Assembly: GCA_963704755.1 (NCBI GenBank)
Contig: OY969938.1
Span: 3,060,001-3,092,000, forward strand
Direction of reading: 5' to 3'
DNA: 32,000 nt
Source: an uncultured Chloroflexia bacterium
Lineage (GTDB): Bacteria > Chloroflexota > Anaerolineae > Anaerolineales > Anaerolineaceae
The notes under the pieces were generated by a model, which did not search any database, was not told where the DNA came from, and saw nothing but the letters and a program-made list of their open reading frames with translations. Shown here one piece after another: positions 8,751 to 16,538 of the stretch (the first letter of the stretch is position 1; the number at the start of each line of letters is the position of its first letter). The translations under genes and the position numbers were made by a program.

Positions 8751-9455
8751 TTAATCCCCCGTCTGCACATACTCCGCTTCATAGTACTTGCACCACTCCT
8801 TGACCGGGCAGTCAGGGCAATCCGGCTTGCGCGCATGGCAGACCTCACGGCCCAGGCGGATCAGATTCAAATGGGCCGGGCCGTATTCCTCGGGCGGGAA
8901 AAGCTGCGCCAGGTAGGCGTGGGCCTGCTCGACGTTCATTTTTTCGGGACGCAGGCCAATCCGCCCGCTGACCCGGTAGATGTGCGTATCCACCGGAAAG
9001 GCCGGCATACCCAGCGAGAACTGCAGCACGATGGCGGCGGTCTTCAGCCCGACCCCCTTGAAGCGGGTCAGCCAGGCGTGGGCTTCTTCGGCCGGCCATT
9101 CTTTGAGGAAGTTCAAATCTAACGAGCCGCGTTCATCCGTGATCTGGCGCAGCACTTCCTGGATGCGCGCGCCTTTCTGGTTGCCCAGCCCGGCCGGGCG
9201 GATGGCCTCGATCACCTCGGCCAGGGGTGCATCCCGCACTGCCTCCCAGGTAGGCAAGCGCCGCTTGAGGGCGTAAAAAGCTACGTCGCGGTTCCTGTCG
9301 TTGGTGTTCTGCGAGAGGATGGTGGAGACCAGCTCATCCAGGGCCGGCAGCGGCTCGCGCCATTCGGCGTAGCCAAATACTTCCAACAGTCGGTTGTGGA
9401 CGGCCAGCGCACGGCGCAGCAAGTCAGGATCAGGCGGTGTAAGGAGTTCGGGCAT
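8751..9455 (-). CDS. nth: Endonuclease III family DNA glycosylase (HhH-GPD with 4Fe-4S cluster loop)
   Basis: HhH-GPD core: LSQNTNDRN..., KGVGLKTAAIVL, PVDTHIYRV. Cluster motif C-x6-C-x2-C-x5-C (CHARKPDCPDCPVKEWC). ATG at 9455 with AAGGA 7 nt upstream is preferred over the track start at 9503. Confidence 0.85.
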   Translation of the reverse strand: MPELLTPPDPDLLRRALAVHNRLLEVFGYAEWREPLPALDELVSTILSQNTNDRNRDVAFYALKRRLPTWEAVRDAPLAEVIEAIRPAGLGNQKGARIQEVLRQITDERGSLDLNFLKEWPAEEAHAWLTRFKGVGLKTAAIVLQFSLGMPAFPVDTHIYRVSGRIGLRPEKMNVEQAHAYLAQLFPPEEYGPAHLNLIRLGREVCHARKPDCPDCPVKEWCKYYEAEYVQTGD

Positions 9456-9570
9456 GGAGAATCCTTGAGGTAAAAGCCGGGCATGAGGATGTGCCCCGGC
9501 CAAAAGAATTTTATACTAAATTATAAATAGGGGGACTGCTCTTCCCTGGTTGCCTCATCAACTCATTGAC

Positions 9571-9602
9571 TTGTTGCCTTGTCGCCTTGTTGCCTTGTTG
9601 CC
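9571..9602. repeat. Tandem octamer array (TTGTTGCC x4)
   Basis: TTGTTGCC TTGTCGCC TTGTTGCC TTGTTGCC. The last base is the first base of the stop-codon triplet of the 9602..10672 gene. Confidence 0.8.
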
Positions 9603-10672
9603 TATCCTCCAACCCCTATTTTCTCCCACAACTTCAGCTCGAAGGCCGGGCGGATTTCGCCGACCTCCAGGCCGCGCCAGTTATTCACCGGGCGGGCGGC
9701 CAGCTGCGCCAGTGAGGCCTTGATTTGCTCGTCGTTGAGCAGTCCCAGCCTGCGCAGCAGTTCAACCGCGATGACCGGGCGGGCGCGTCCATTGACGTCC
9801 CCGTCCACCACCTTGTAGGTGATGCCCAGGGCCGGGCTGTCCGGGCCTAAAGCGCCCGGCAGAATTGCCAGGGCCTGGTAGCCCTCGGCCCCGCCCTTGC
9901 TGACGATCTTGCCCTGTCCGATTTCCATGATGATCGTGTCGAAGCGGCCCGGGCCGGCCACCATAAAAGGCGTCGCGGTCATAGCGTGGGTAATTTTCCG
10001 GCAGGCGGCGGCCCGCGCTTCGGGCAGGCCGCTTGGGTCGGCCAGGCGGGCAAACCCCAGGGCGGCGTTGTAGAGCGGGACGGCGAAAACCGGCGCCGAA
10101 CAGCCGTCCACGCCAATGGCGATCTGGTCGGCCGGGTAGCCGGTCATTTCGGCAAAAGTCTGGATGACCGTTTGCTGTACGGGGTGGTGCGGGTTGATGT
10201 AATCTTCTTTTGAAAAACCGCGCAACAAGGCGTGAGCCAGAAAGCCGGTGTGTTTTCCGGAGCAGTTGTTGCGGTTAGGCCCGGGCTCTTCGCCGCGCAG
10301 CAGCATGGCTTTGGCGGTAGGTGCGTGGCTGGAGGGCTGCGGCCCGCACAACAGGTCGCTTTCGTGAATGCCCAGCTTGGCCTGAATGCCTTCGACGGCG
10401 GCCACGTGCTCATCGGTGCCGGAGTGCGAGGCGCACAGCAAGGCCACCTCGGCGTCGGTCAGGCCGAATTTTTCGGCCCCGCCGCGTTCGATGAACGGCA
10501 GCACCTGCATGGGCTTGGAGGACGAGCGCAGGTAAGTGACGAAATTGGGATCGCCCAGGCTGGCAACCAGCCTTCCCTGTGCATCCACAACGGCCAGGGC
10601 CCCATAGTGGATCGATTCCACCAGCGGCCCACGGGTAACTTCGACTAATTTTTCAAAAGGAAAATCGCTCAT
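9602..10672 (-). CDS. Asparaginase-II family protein (PF06089-like)
   Basis: 356 aa. The N-terminus (VTRGPLVESIHYGALAVVDAQGRLVASLGDPNFVTYLRSSSKPMQVLPFIERG, LLCASHSGTDEHV, NNCSGKHTGFLA) matches my memory of the Rhizobium-type asparaginase II family. Not verified by search. Confidence 0.65.
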   Translation of the reverse strand: MSDFPFEKLVEVTRGPLVESIHYGALAVVDAQGRLVASLGDPNFVTYLRSSSKPMQVLPFIERGGAEKFGLTDAEVALLCASHSGTDEHVAAVEGIQAKLGIHESDLLCGPQPSSHAPTAKAMLLRGEEPGPNRNNCSGKHTGFLAHALLRGFSKEDYINPHHPVQQTVIQTFAEMTGYPADQIAIGVDGCSAPVFAVPLYNAALGFARLADPSGLPEARAAACRKITHAMTATPFMVAGPGRFDTIIMEIGQGKIVSKGGAEGYQALAILPGALGPDSPALGITYKVVDGDVNGRARPVIAVELLRRLGLLNDEQIKASLAQLAARPVNNWRGLEVGEIRPAFELKLWEKIGVGG

Positions 10673-10687
10673 AAACTGTCCTGTGCT

Positions 10688-11545
10688 TCAGGCGTCGATT
10701 TCTTCAGCATCTCCCAGAAAATGGCGCGTATAGTAATGGGAAAGACCCCATTTCAGCCGGGTGGTGAAGCGCTCTTTGTCCTGGTCGTTGACCGCCAGCT
10801 TTTTCAGGAGGTCCGGGATCAAGACAGCCGTGTCTTCGGGGGTACTTTTTGTTTCTACCAGCGCAGCCAATTTCTGCTGAACGTTCTTGAGCAGGTCGAT
10901 TTGCTGCTGGACGTCCTTTTGGGTCACCAGGCCGCTGCGGCCGCTGACCAGGGTATAGTCCTGGTAGCGCGGTGACTGGAGCAGCGCGAGCGTTTCCAGC
11001 CAGGCCGGGATGTCGGCGTTGGCCAGGAAAGGCGGCTGGTTCACCACGACCGTATCGCCGATAAAGCCCACTTTTTGGTCGGGGATGACGACCCAGATGG
11101 CCCCGGTGGAGGGGCCGGGATGATATTCCAGGGCCAGGGGTTTTTCGTTCCAGTAGATCTGCATCACCTCGGTAAAAGTAATTTCGGGCGGCGCCCAACG
11201 GATGCTGCCCAGCCCGTTGTAGAGCTCCCAATCGGCGCCGGTTTCACCGGCCTGGGCTTTGAATGTCACCGGGCGATTGCGGAAGACCTGGGCAATCTGC
11301 TCATGACCTACCACGGTGCATTCCATGGCGCGGGCTCCCAGGGTACGGTCGGCGTGCACGTCCAGGTTGACCATCATTCTTTCGGCGCTGGCGCCCAGGT
11401 TGAACAGGGCCGCCCGCCAGGAGCGCACGTCGTCCGCGCGGAAGGGCGCGTCGATCAAAATTAATCCATGGGGCCAGTTGACCGCGCCCAGGGTAACCCC
11501 TGGAAAGGCGCGCTCAATATAAACATGCTCAGAAATCTCCTGCAT
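10688..11545 (-). CDS. MBL-fold (metallo-beta-lactamase-like) protein with degenerate metal-binding motifs
   Basis: 285 aa. MBL-like layout: VNWPHGLILIDAP ... NLDVHADRTLG ... YHPGPSTGAIWVV ... GDTVV. The canonical HxHxDH is reduced to VHADR. Confidence 0.5.
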   Translation of the reverse strand: MQEISEHVYIERAFPGVTLGAVNWPHGLILIDAPFRADDVRSWRAALFNLGASAERMMVNLDVHADRTLGARAMECTVVGHEQIAQVFRNRPVTFKAQAGETGADWELYNGLGSIRWAPPEITFTEVMQIYWNEKPLALEYHPGPSTGAIWVVIPDQKVGFIGDTVVVNQPPFLANADIPAWLETLALLQSPRYQDYTLVSGRSGLVTQKDVQQQIDLLKNVQQKLAALVETKSTPEDTAVLIPDLLKKLAVNDQDKERFTTRLKWGLSHYYTRHFLGDAEEIDA

Positions 11546-11582
11546 TTGGTTTCCTTAGAAATATTGAATAGTAGGGGCTGGG

Positions 11583-13145
11583 TCAGGCTGCCGGCAGCTC
11601 AAACAGGAACGTGCTGCCCTGGCCGGGTTGACTCTCCACCCAGATTTTACCACCATGCGCCTGCACTGCCAGCCGGCAGAAGGAGAGCCCCAACCCAAAC
11701 CCTTTGGGGTAACGTTCGCTTTGCAGGCGCATAAATTTTTCAAAGATCACCTCGCGGGCTTCCTCGGATATGCCCGGTCCGCTGTCGTTGACCGCAACGC
11801 GCAGGGCCGTCCCCTCGTTCAGGGCCGCACTGATGCGGATGGCGCCGCCCAGGGGCGAGAATTTGATCGCGTTTTCCAGCAAATTGATCAGCACCCGCCG
11901 GATCATATCCGGGTCTACAAAAATTTTGGGCAGCGATTCGGCCAGCTCGCTGGTCAGGGTCTGGCGTTTGCTTTCCACCAGCGGCTGGACGGCATCGACC
12001 GCATCGGCGATCAATTCGGAAAGTTCGACGAGTTGCTTGTTGGTGATGGCCTGGCCGGCTTCCAGGCGGTTGATGTCCAGCAGCGAGCTGATCAGGCGCT
12101 GCAAGCGGTCGGTGGCGCGGGTGGCGATCTGGAAGACCGGCGTCAGGTTGGCGGCCGCTTCTTCCGGCAGCAGGGAGTTGAGGATATCCAGCGCGGAAAT
12201 CAGGTTGGCCAGGGGAGAGCGCAGGTCGTGGTAGATCATGGCCGAGAGATCGTCGCGCAGGCTGTCCAGCTTCTTGCGTTCGCTGATGTCGCGCAGGATC
12301 CACTGCAAGGTCTCGGTGTCGCCAAAGAAGACCTTGCGCGCATAAACCTCCACCGGGGTGGTGGAGCCATCTTTGTGAAGCAACTCGCTTTCGTAGCTGA
12401 TCGTTTGCCCGTCCCGCAGGTTGGCGAAATCTACGCCCAGGGTTTCGTCCTGGGGTTTGTGCAGGTCCAAAACAGTGTACCCGGCCAGCTCCCCGGCGCT
12501 GTAGCCGCTGACGCGTACCGCCTGGCGGTTGCCCTCCAGAATGGTGCCCTGCCAATCGGTGATCAGGATGGGATCGATACTGTCTTCGAACAGTTCGTGA
12601 TAGCGCCGCTGGGCTTCCTGGACGTTGCTGTACAGGTTGGCATTGCGCACAGCGATGGCGGCCAGGTCGGCAATACCCTGGAGCAGCTGCAAATGGTCGG
12701 GTGTGAAAAAGCCGGTCTGGGCGTGCACCAGGGTCAGCACGCCGATCAGGTCGTTGTGGGCCAGCAAGGGCATACAGATAGCGGATTTGCTGCCGGTATG
12801 CCGGTTGTCGTCGTCCGGGCGGTGGGCCCAGCGATCGTCGAGGCTGGTATCGGGAACGAGGGCCGGTTCACGGGTATTGGCCACCCAGCCGGCCAATCCG
12901 TGGGCCAGGATGGTCTGCATCTCGCTCAAAGTGGGATGCAGGGTTTTGTGGTTAACGTTAATCGCCGCCTCGACCGGCTGTCCAGTGGGGCTGATCACGA
13001 TCAGCGAGCCGCGTTCGGCGCCTACATTGGAAGTGGAAAGGGAAAGGACTCGGGCCAGAACGGTTTGCAAATCCAGGCTGCCGGCCAACTCGCGGCTGAC
13101 GCTAAGCAGTAATTCCAGCGAAGAGCGGGTTTGATCTTGGACCAT
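11583..13145 (-). CDS. Cytoplasmic GAF-PAS sensor histidine kinase
   Basis: 520 aa with no TM segment. GAF (LELLLSVSRELAGSLDLQTVL...ICMPLLAHNDLIGVLTLVH). PAS (LFEDSIDPILITDWQGTILEGN). H-box IYHDLRSPLANL. LLENAIKF, DSGPGI, GFGLGLS. Confidence 0.9.
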   Translation of the reverse strand: MVQDQTRSSLELLLSVSRELAGSLDLQTVLARVLSLSTSNVGAERGSLIVISPTGQPVEAAINVNHKTLHPTLSEMQTILAHGLAGWVANTREPALVPDTSLDDRWAHRPDDDNRHTGSKSAICMPLLAHNDLIGVLTLVHAQTGFFTPDHLQLLQGIADLAAIAVRNANLYSNVQEAQRRYHELFEDSIDPILITDWQGTILEGNRQAVRVSGYSAGELAGYTVLDLHKPQDETLGVDFANLRDGQTISYESELLHKDGSTTPVEVYARKVFFGDTETLQWILRDISERKKLDSLRDDLSAMIYHDLRSPLANLISALDILNSLLPEEAAANLTPVFQIATRATDRLQRLISSLLDINRLEAGQAITNKQLVELSELIADAVDAVQPLVESKRQTLTSELAESLPKIFVDPDMIRRVLINLLENAIKFSPLGGAIRISAALNEGTALRVAVNDSGPGISEEAREVIFEKFMRLQSERYPKGFGLGLSFCRLAVQAHGGKIWVESQPGQGSTFLFELPAA

Positions 13146-13306
13146 GCCGGTTTGAATTCTGGCTCCGGAAAGTACAGGTAAAATTTGCCAACCAGGGCAC
13201 AGGCCCCGGTCACATCGTCTTTGAGTATAGCATAAAGTGGAGGGGGAATGAGGCCGGCCCGAGAAGTGTCAGGCAGATGTAGAGTCTGGGGGCGCGGCCG
13301 GCGCTA

Positions 13307-13357
13307 CCGTTCTGAACCCCTCTCCCGCTTCTGGGAGAGGGGTTGGGGTGAGGGAGG
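13307..13357 (-). repeat. GC-rich palindromic repeat (CCTCACCCC..CCCCTCTCCC-loop-GGGAGAGGGG type), copy 1
   Basis: Hairpin CCCCTCTCCC (13317-13326) / GCTTCT / GGGAGAGGGG (13333-13342), followed by TTGGGGTGAGGGAGG. Near-identical to 13495-13546. Confidence 0.8.
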
Positions 13358-13494
13358 ATGCAGCCGGCGGGCCAATACCCCGGCCGATTGGCGCAGGCCC
13401 TCATCCCGGCCTCCCCCACGCTTCGCGGAAGGGGAAGGAGCAAGAACCGGAAAGGCGCATCCGGCGGGCAAGGGCCTGGGTCGGCCTGCGCTCG

Positions 13495-13546
13495 CCGTTC
13501 TGGGCCCCTCTCCCGTTTCTGGGAGAGGGGTTGGGGTAGGGGAGAG
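13495..13546 (-). repeat. GC-rich palindromic repeat, copy 2
   Basis: CCGTTCTGGGCCCCTCTCCC-GTTTCT-GGGAGAGGGGTTGGGGTAGGGGAGAG. Hairpin arms at 13505-13514 and 13521-13530. Confidence 0.8.
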
Positions 13547-13697
13547 CGCCGAGGATGCCCGCCGCCGGCCAGGGAAAAGCCCGCAGCCCCACGTCTTTTG
13601 GGTTTGCGTGGATGGTGGGTTACAGGCAAAGCCCGGTAACACCAAAACCTCTCCGAGCTCTGGCGTAATAAAAAAGCCCTCCACCTACCCTACGCCA

Positions 13698-13753
13698 GCT
13701 AATCGCTAACTGCTAAAAGCCAATCGCTAAAAGCTAATCGCTTAGCGCTAACA
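13698..13753. repeat. Tandem heptamer array, 8 units of GCTAATC-like sequence
   Basis: GCTAATC GCTAACT GCTAAAA GCCAATC GCTAAAA GCTAATC GCTTAGC GCTAACA, immediately 5' of the putative MarR promoter. Confidence 0.8.
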
Positions 13754-13759
13754 CCCCCC

Positions 13760-13788
13760 TTGACTTTTGCTCTGAAACGTTATAAATT
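13760..13788 (+). promoter_or_regulatory. Candidate sigma70-type promoter of the MarR gene
   Basis: TTGACT (13760-13765), then TATAAA/TAAATT (13781-13788) with a 15-17 nt spacer. It lies 33 nt upstream of the ATG at 13821. Sequence pattern only. Confidence 0.4.
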
Positions 13789-13820
13789 TAACCCCACTTA
13801 ATTAATAAGAAACTTTAACT

Positions 13821-14315
13821 ATGACAAATGAAGTCGGATTAGATGAAACCATTCGCCGCTGGGCTGAGATATTTTCTCGGCGAAATATCGATGAGTTCAA
13901 GCACCTGATTGGTGCCACGGAACTCAGTCCCACCCAGGTGATTGCCCTTTACCAGCTCCATTTCCGCAAGAGCAGCTCGGTTTCAGAGATTGCCAGCAAA
14001 CTGGGTGTTTCGATCGCAGCGGCCAGCCAAATGATCGACCGCCTGGTCCAGTTTGGGATGGTCAACCGCAGCGAAAATCCCAGTGACAGGCGGGCAAAGA
14101 TGTTGGTGCTTTCCCCCAAGGGGCAAGAACTGGTCTCCCAAAATCTCTTGATGCAAAGTAGCTGGATCTCCGGCCTGGCGGACCAGTTCACGGTCGAGCA
14201 GCAAACACAGATCGCAGCCAGCCTGCACATGCTCATCGAGGCGGCCCAGAATATGCCGGCCGATTCGGCGGATAGCCCGCTCGACGACGAAGAACCCCTG
14301 GCAGAAGCCGGGTAG
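13821..14315 (+). CDS. MarR family transcriptional regulator
   Basis: 164 aa. Winged-helix region LSPTQVIALYQLHFRKSSSVSEIASKLGVSIAAASQMIDRLVQFGMVNRSENPSDRRAKMLVLSPKG. Confidence 0.85.
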   Translation: MTNEVGLDETIRRWAEIFSRRNIDEFKHLIGATELSPTQVIALYQLHFRKSSSVSEIASKLGVSIAAASQMIDRLVQFGMVNRSENPSDRRAKMLVLSPKGQELVSQNLLMQSSWISGLADQFTVEQQTQIAASLHMLIEAAQNMPADSADSPLDDEEPLAEAG

Positions 14316-14368
14316 GCCCGAAAATCAACCGGTTCCGGCCCCGTCCTGCAGATGCAGCAGGATACCCC

Positions 14369-14398
14369 GGACTGAGACTGGATAAGTCCTTTTTTTTT
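14369..14398 (+). terminator. Possible weak intrinsic terminator after MarR
   Basis: GGACT-10 nt-AGTCC followed by a T9 run (14390-14398). The stem is short, so the call is tentative. Confidence 0.3.
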
Positions 14399-14550
14399 GC
14401 CAGTAAATCGTACATAATCTACCCGTATAATCAAATACTCGCGAGCAAATGAGCTGGCATCAGGCAGACGTTGGTCTGTTTCCATAAATGAGTTCCTTAC
14501 TCCTGAAAAGATGCTTTTCAGGTGAACCATACTTTTATCGGAGTTTGTCG

Positions 14551-16509
14551 ATGCAAAGTAATCCCCCAATCACCCAGGGCCGTGTAAGCCGGACCCGTCC
14601 GAAAAACCCTTCCAGCGGCGTGATGAAGAGAGCCATCAAATACCTGTTCAATATCGGCGGGCAGGCGATCTTGCCTTATCTGTTTTTGATCGTGGCTACC
14701 GTTTCACAACTGGCCGTGCCGCACCTGGTCAGCAACGTGATCGATGCGGTGACCAATGGGGTCATTGCCAAGACTTTGCTGAATGCCTTACCCCAGATTC
14801 CTTCCGCTTTCGTGGGCCAGGCCTTGCCTAAAATCCTTTCCTACCTCAACCTGCCGGCCGATTGGAATCTAAGCCAGCTCAGCGATCACCTGACCGGCCA
14901 GCAGAACGGCGCTCCCAATGCCATTATTCAGGCCGGCCTGACCATCCTCGGTTTTGCCGCCGCGCGGGCCTTATTCGCCTTCTTACAGGCCTTTTGGGCC
15001 GAAAAGAATTCGCAGAACGTGGCCTTTCAAATACGCAACGACCTGTACGCCAAGATCCAGCGCCTGTCGTTCTCTTATCACGACCAGAACCAGACCGGCC
15101 AACTGATGGTGCGTGCCACCGACGATGTCGAAAAAGTGCGCCTCTTCCTCGGCCAGGGGCTGCTGCAACTGCTCAGCGCGGTTATCCTGTTGAGCGGCAC
15201 GCTGATTATCATGTTCAGCGTCAACGCCCACCTGGCTCTGTACACCCTCTGGCTGCTGCCGGTGGCGATGGTGCTGTTCACTATCTTCAGCACTATCGCC
15301 CGGCCGTTGTTCACCAAGATCCAGCAAAAGCTTTCTTCGCTCAATACCGTCTTGCAGGAAAACCTGGCCGGGATCAAGGTGGTCAAGGCTTTTACCCGCG
15401 AACGCAACGAGCAGGTAAAGTTCAACCAGGCAGCCGACGAATTGCTCGTCCAGCAGATCAACATTGCCCGCCTGTTTTCCTTCCTGTTCCCGGTGGTATT
15501 CCTGATCGCCAACCTGGGCCAGGCGACCATCCTCAACGTGGGCGGGCACCAGATTATCCTGGGCTCACTGACCCTGGGTGAATGGCAGGAGTTCAGCCTG
15601 TACCTGATCTATCTTTTCCTGCCGATTGCCCAGTTTGGCTTCATCATCACCCAATCCAGCCAGGCGGCCGCTTCGGCCACCCGTATTTTCGAGATCCTGG
15701 ACGCGAAATCCGACGTAACCGATAAGCCGGATGCGATCCACTTGTCCGGGGTGGCCGGCCACGTGGTGTTCGAGGATGTGACCTTCCGCTACTTCAGCGG
15801 GGGCGAGCCGGTGCTCAACCGGGTTAGCTTCGAAGCCACCCCCGGGCAGACGGTAGCGCTGTTAGGCGCGACCGGGTCGGGCAAAACCACCATCATCAAC
15901 CTGATCCCACGTTTCTATGACCCTACCGAAGGCCGCATTACCATCGATGGCCACGATTTACGCGACGTAACCCTGGAATCGCTGCGGACCGATATCGGCA
16001 TCGTCTTGCAGGAAACCACCCTGTTCAGCGGCACGATCCGTGACAATATCGCTTTCGGCCGCCCGGACGCTACCCAGGCAGAGGTCGTGGCGGTCGCCAA
16101 AGCCGCTGCGGCCGACGATTTCATCCGCTCCTTCCCTCAGGGCTACGACACGCCGGTCGGCGAACGCGGAACCACCCTATCGGGCGGGCAGAAACAGCGC
16201 ATCGCCATTGCCCGGGCGCTTTTGCTCGACCCGCACATCCTTATCCTGGATGATTCGACCAGTTCGGTTGACCTGACCACGGAAGCCCAGATCCAGGAAG
16301 CCCTGGATAAGTTAATGAAGGGCCGCACCAGTTTTGTCATTGCCCAACGTATAACCACCGTTATGAATGCCGACCAGATCCTGGTGATGGAAAAGGGCCA
16401 GATTGTGGCCCGCGGCAAGCACGCCGAGTTGTTGGAAGAAAACGAAATCTATGCCGAGATTTACAATTCGCAGCTTTTAGGCGAAGAAAAAGCAGAGATC
16501 CGAGGGTAA
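14551..16509 (+). CDS. ABC exporter, fused permease/ATPase subunit 1 (MdlA/type I exporter-like)
   Basis: ATG at 14551 with GGAG 7 nt upstream is preferred over the track start at 14488. Six TM segments. Walker A GATGSGKTT, signature LSGGQKQR, Walker B ILILDDSTS. Confidence 0.9.
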   Translation: MQSNPPITQGRVSRTRPKNPSSGVMKRAIKYLFNIGGQAILPYLFLIVATVSQLAVPHLVSNVIDAVTNGVIAKTLLNALPQIPSAFVGQALPKILSYLNLPADWNLSQLSDHLTGQQNGAPNAIIQAGLTILGFAAARALFAFLQAFWAEKNSQNVAFQIRNDLYAKIQRLSFSYHDQNQTGQLMVRATDDVEKVRLFLGQGLLQLLSAVILLSGTLIIMFSVNAHLALYTLWLLPVAMVLFTIFSTIARPLFTKIQQKLSSLNTVLQENLAGIKVVKAFTRERNEQVKFNQAADELLVQQINIARLFSFLFPVVFLIANLGQATILNVGGHQIILGSLTLGEWQEFSLYLIYLFLPIAQFGFIITQSSQAAASATRIFEILDAKSDVTDKPDAIHLSGVAGHVVFEDVTFRYFSGGEPVLNRVSFEATPGQTVALLGATGSGKTTIINLIPRFYDPTEGRITIDGHDLRDVTLESLRTDIGIVLQETTLFSGTIRDNIAFGRPDATQAEVVAVAKAAAADDFIRSFPQGYDTPVGERGTTLSGGQKQRIAIARALLLDPHILILDDSTSSVDLTTEAQIQEALDKLMKGRTSFVIAQRITTVMNADQILVMEKGQIVARGKHAELLEENEIYAEIYNSQLLGEEKAEIRG

Positions 16510-16538
16510 TCACGGCTTCCCTCGTTAAGGAGTGAATT

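Noticed and set aside
8594-8848. 84-aa - strand ORF in the AT-rich spacer (203..436 - is similar)
   Set aside because: It overlaps the nth 3' end out of frame, or the heptamer repeat in the second case. It has no SD and no motif, and its composition is driven by the non-coding sequence.
11628-13112. 494-aa + strand ORF, plus the 271-aa alternative-frame ORF, inside the GAF-PAS kinase gene
   Set aside because: These are shadow ORFs of a high-GC gene. The - strand frame at 11583..13145 carries complete GAF, PAS, HisKA and HATPase motifs.
13210-13709. Six overlapping ORFs (61-153 aa) in the kinase/MarR spacer
   Set aside because: All are translations of the GC-rich palindromic repeats in both strands and several frames (PSPxxGEGxGVR-type peptides). 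No start signals are present.
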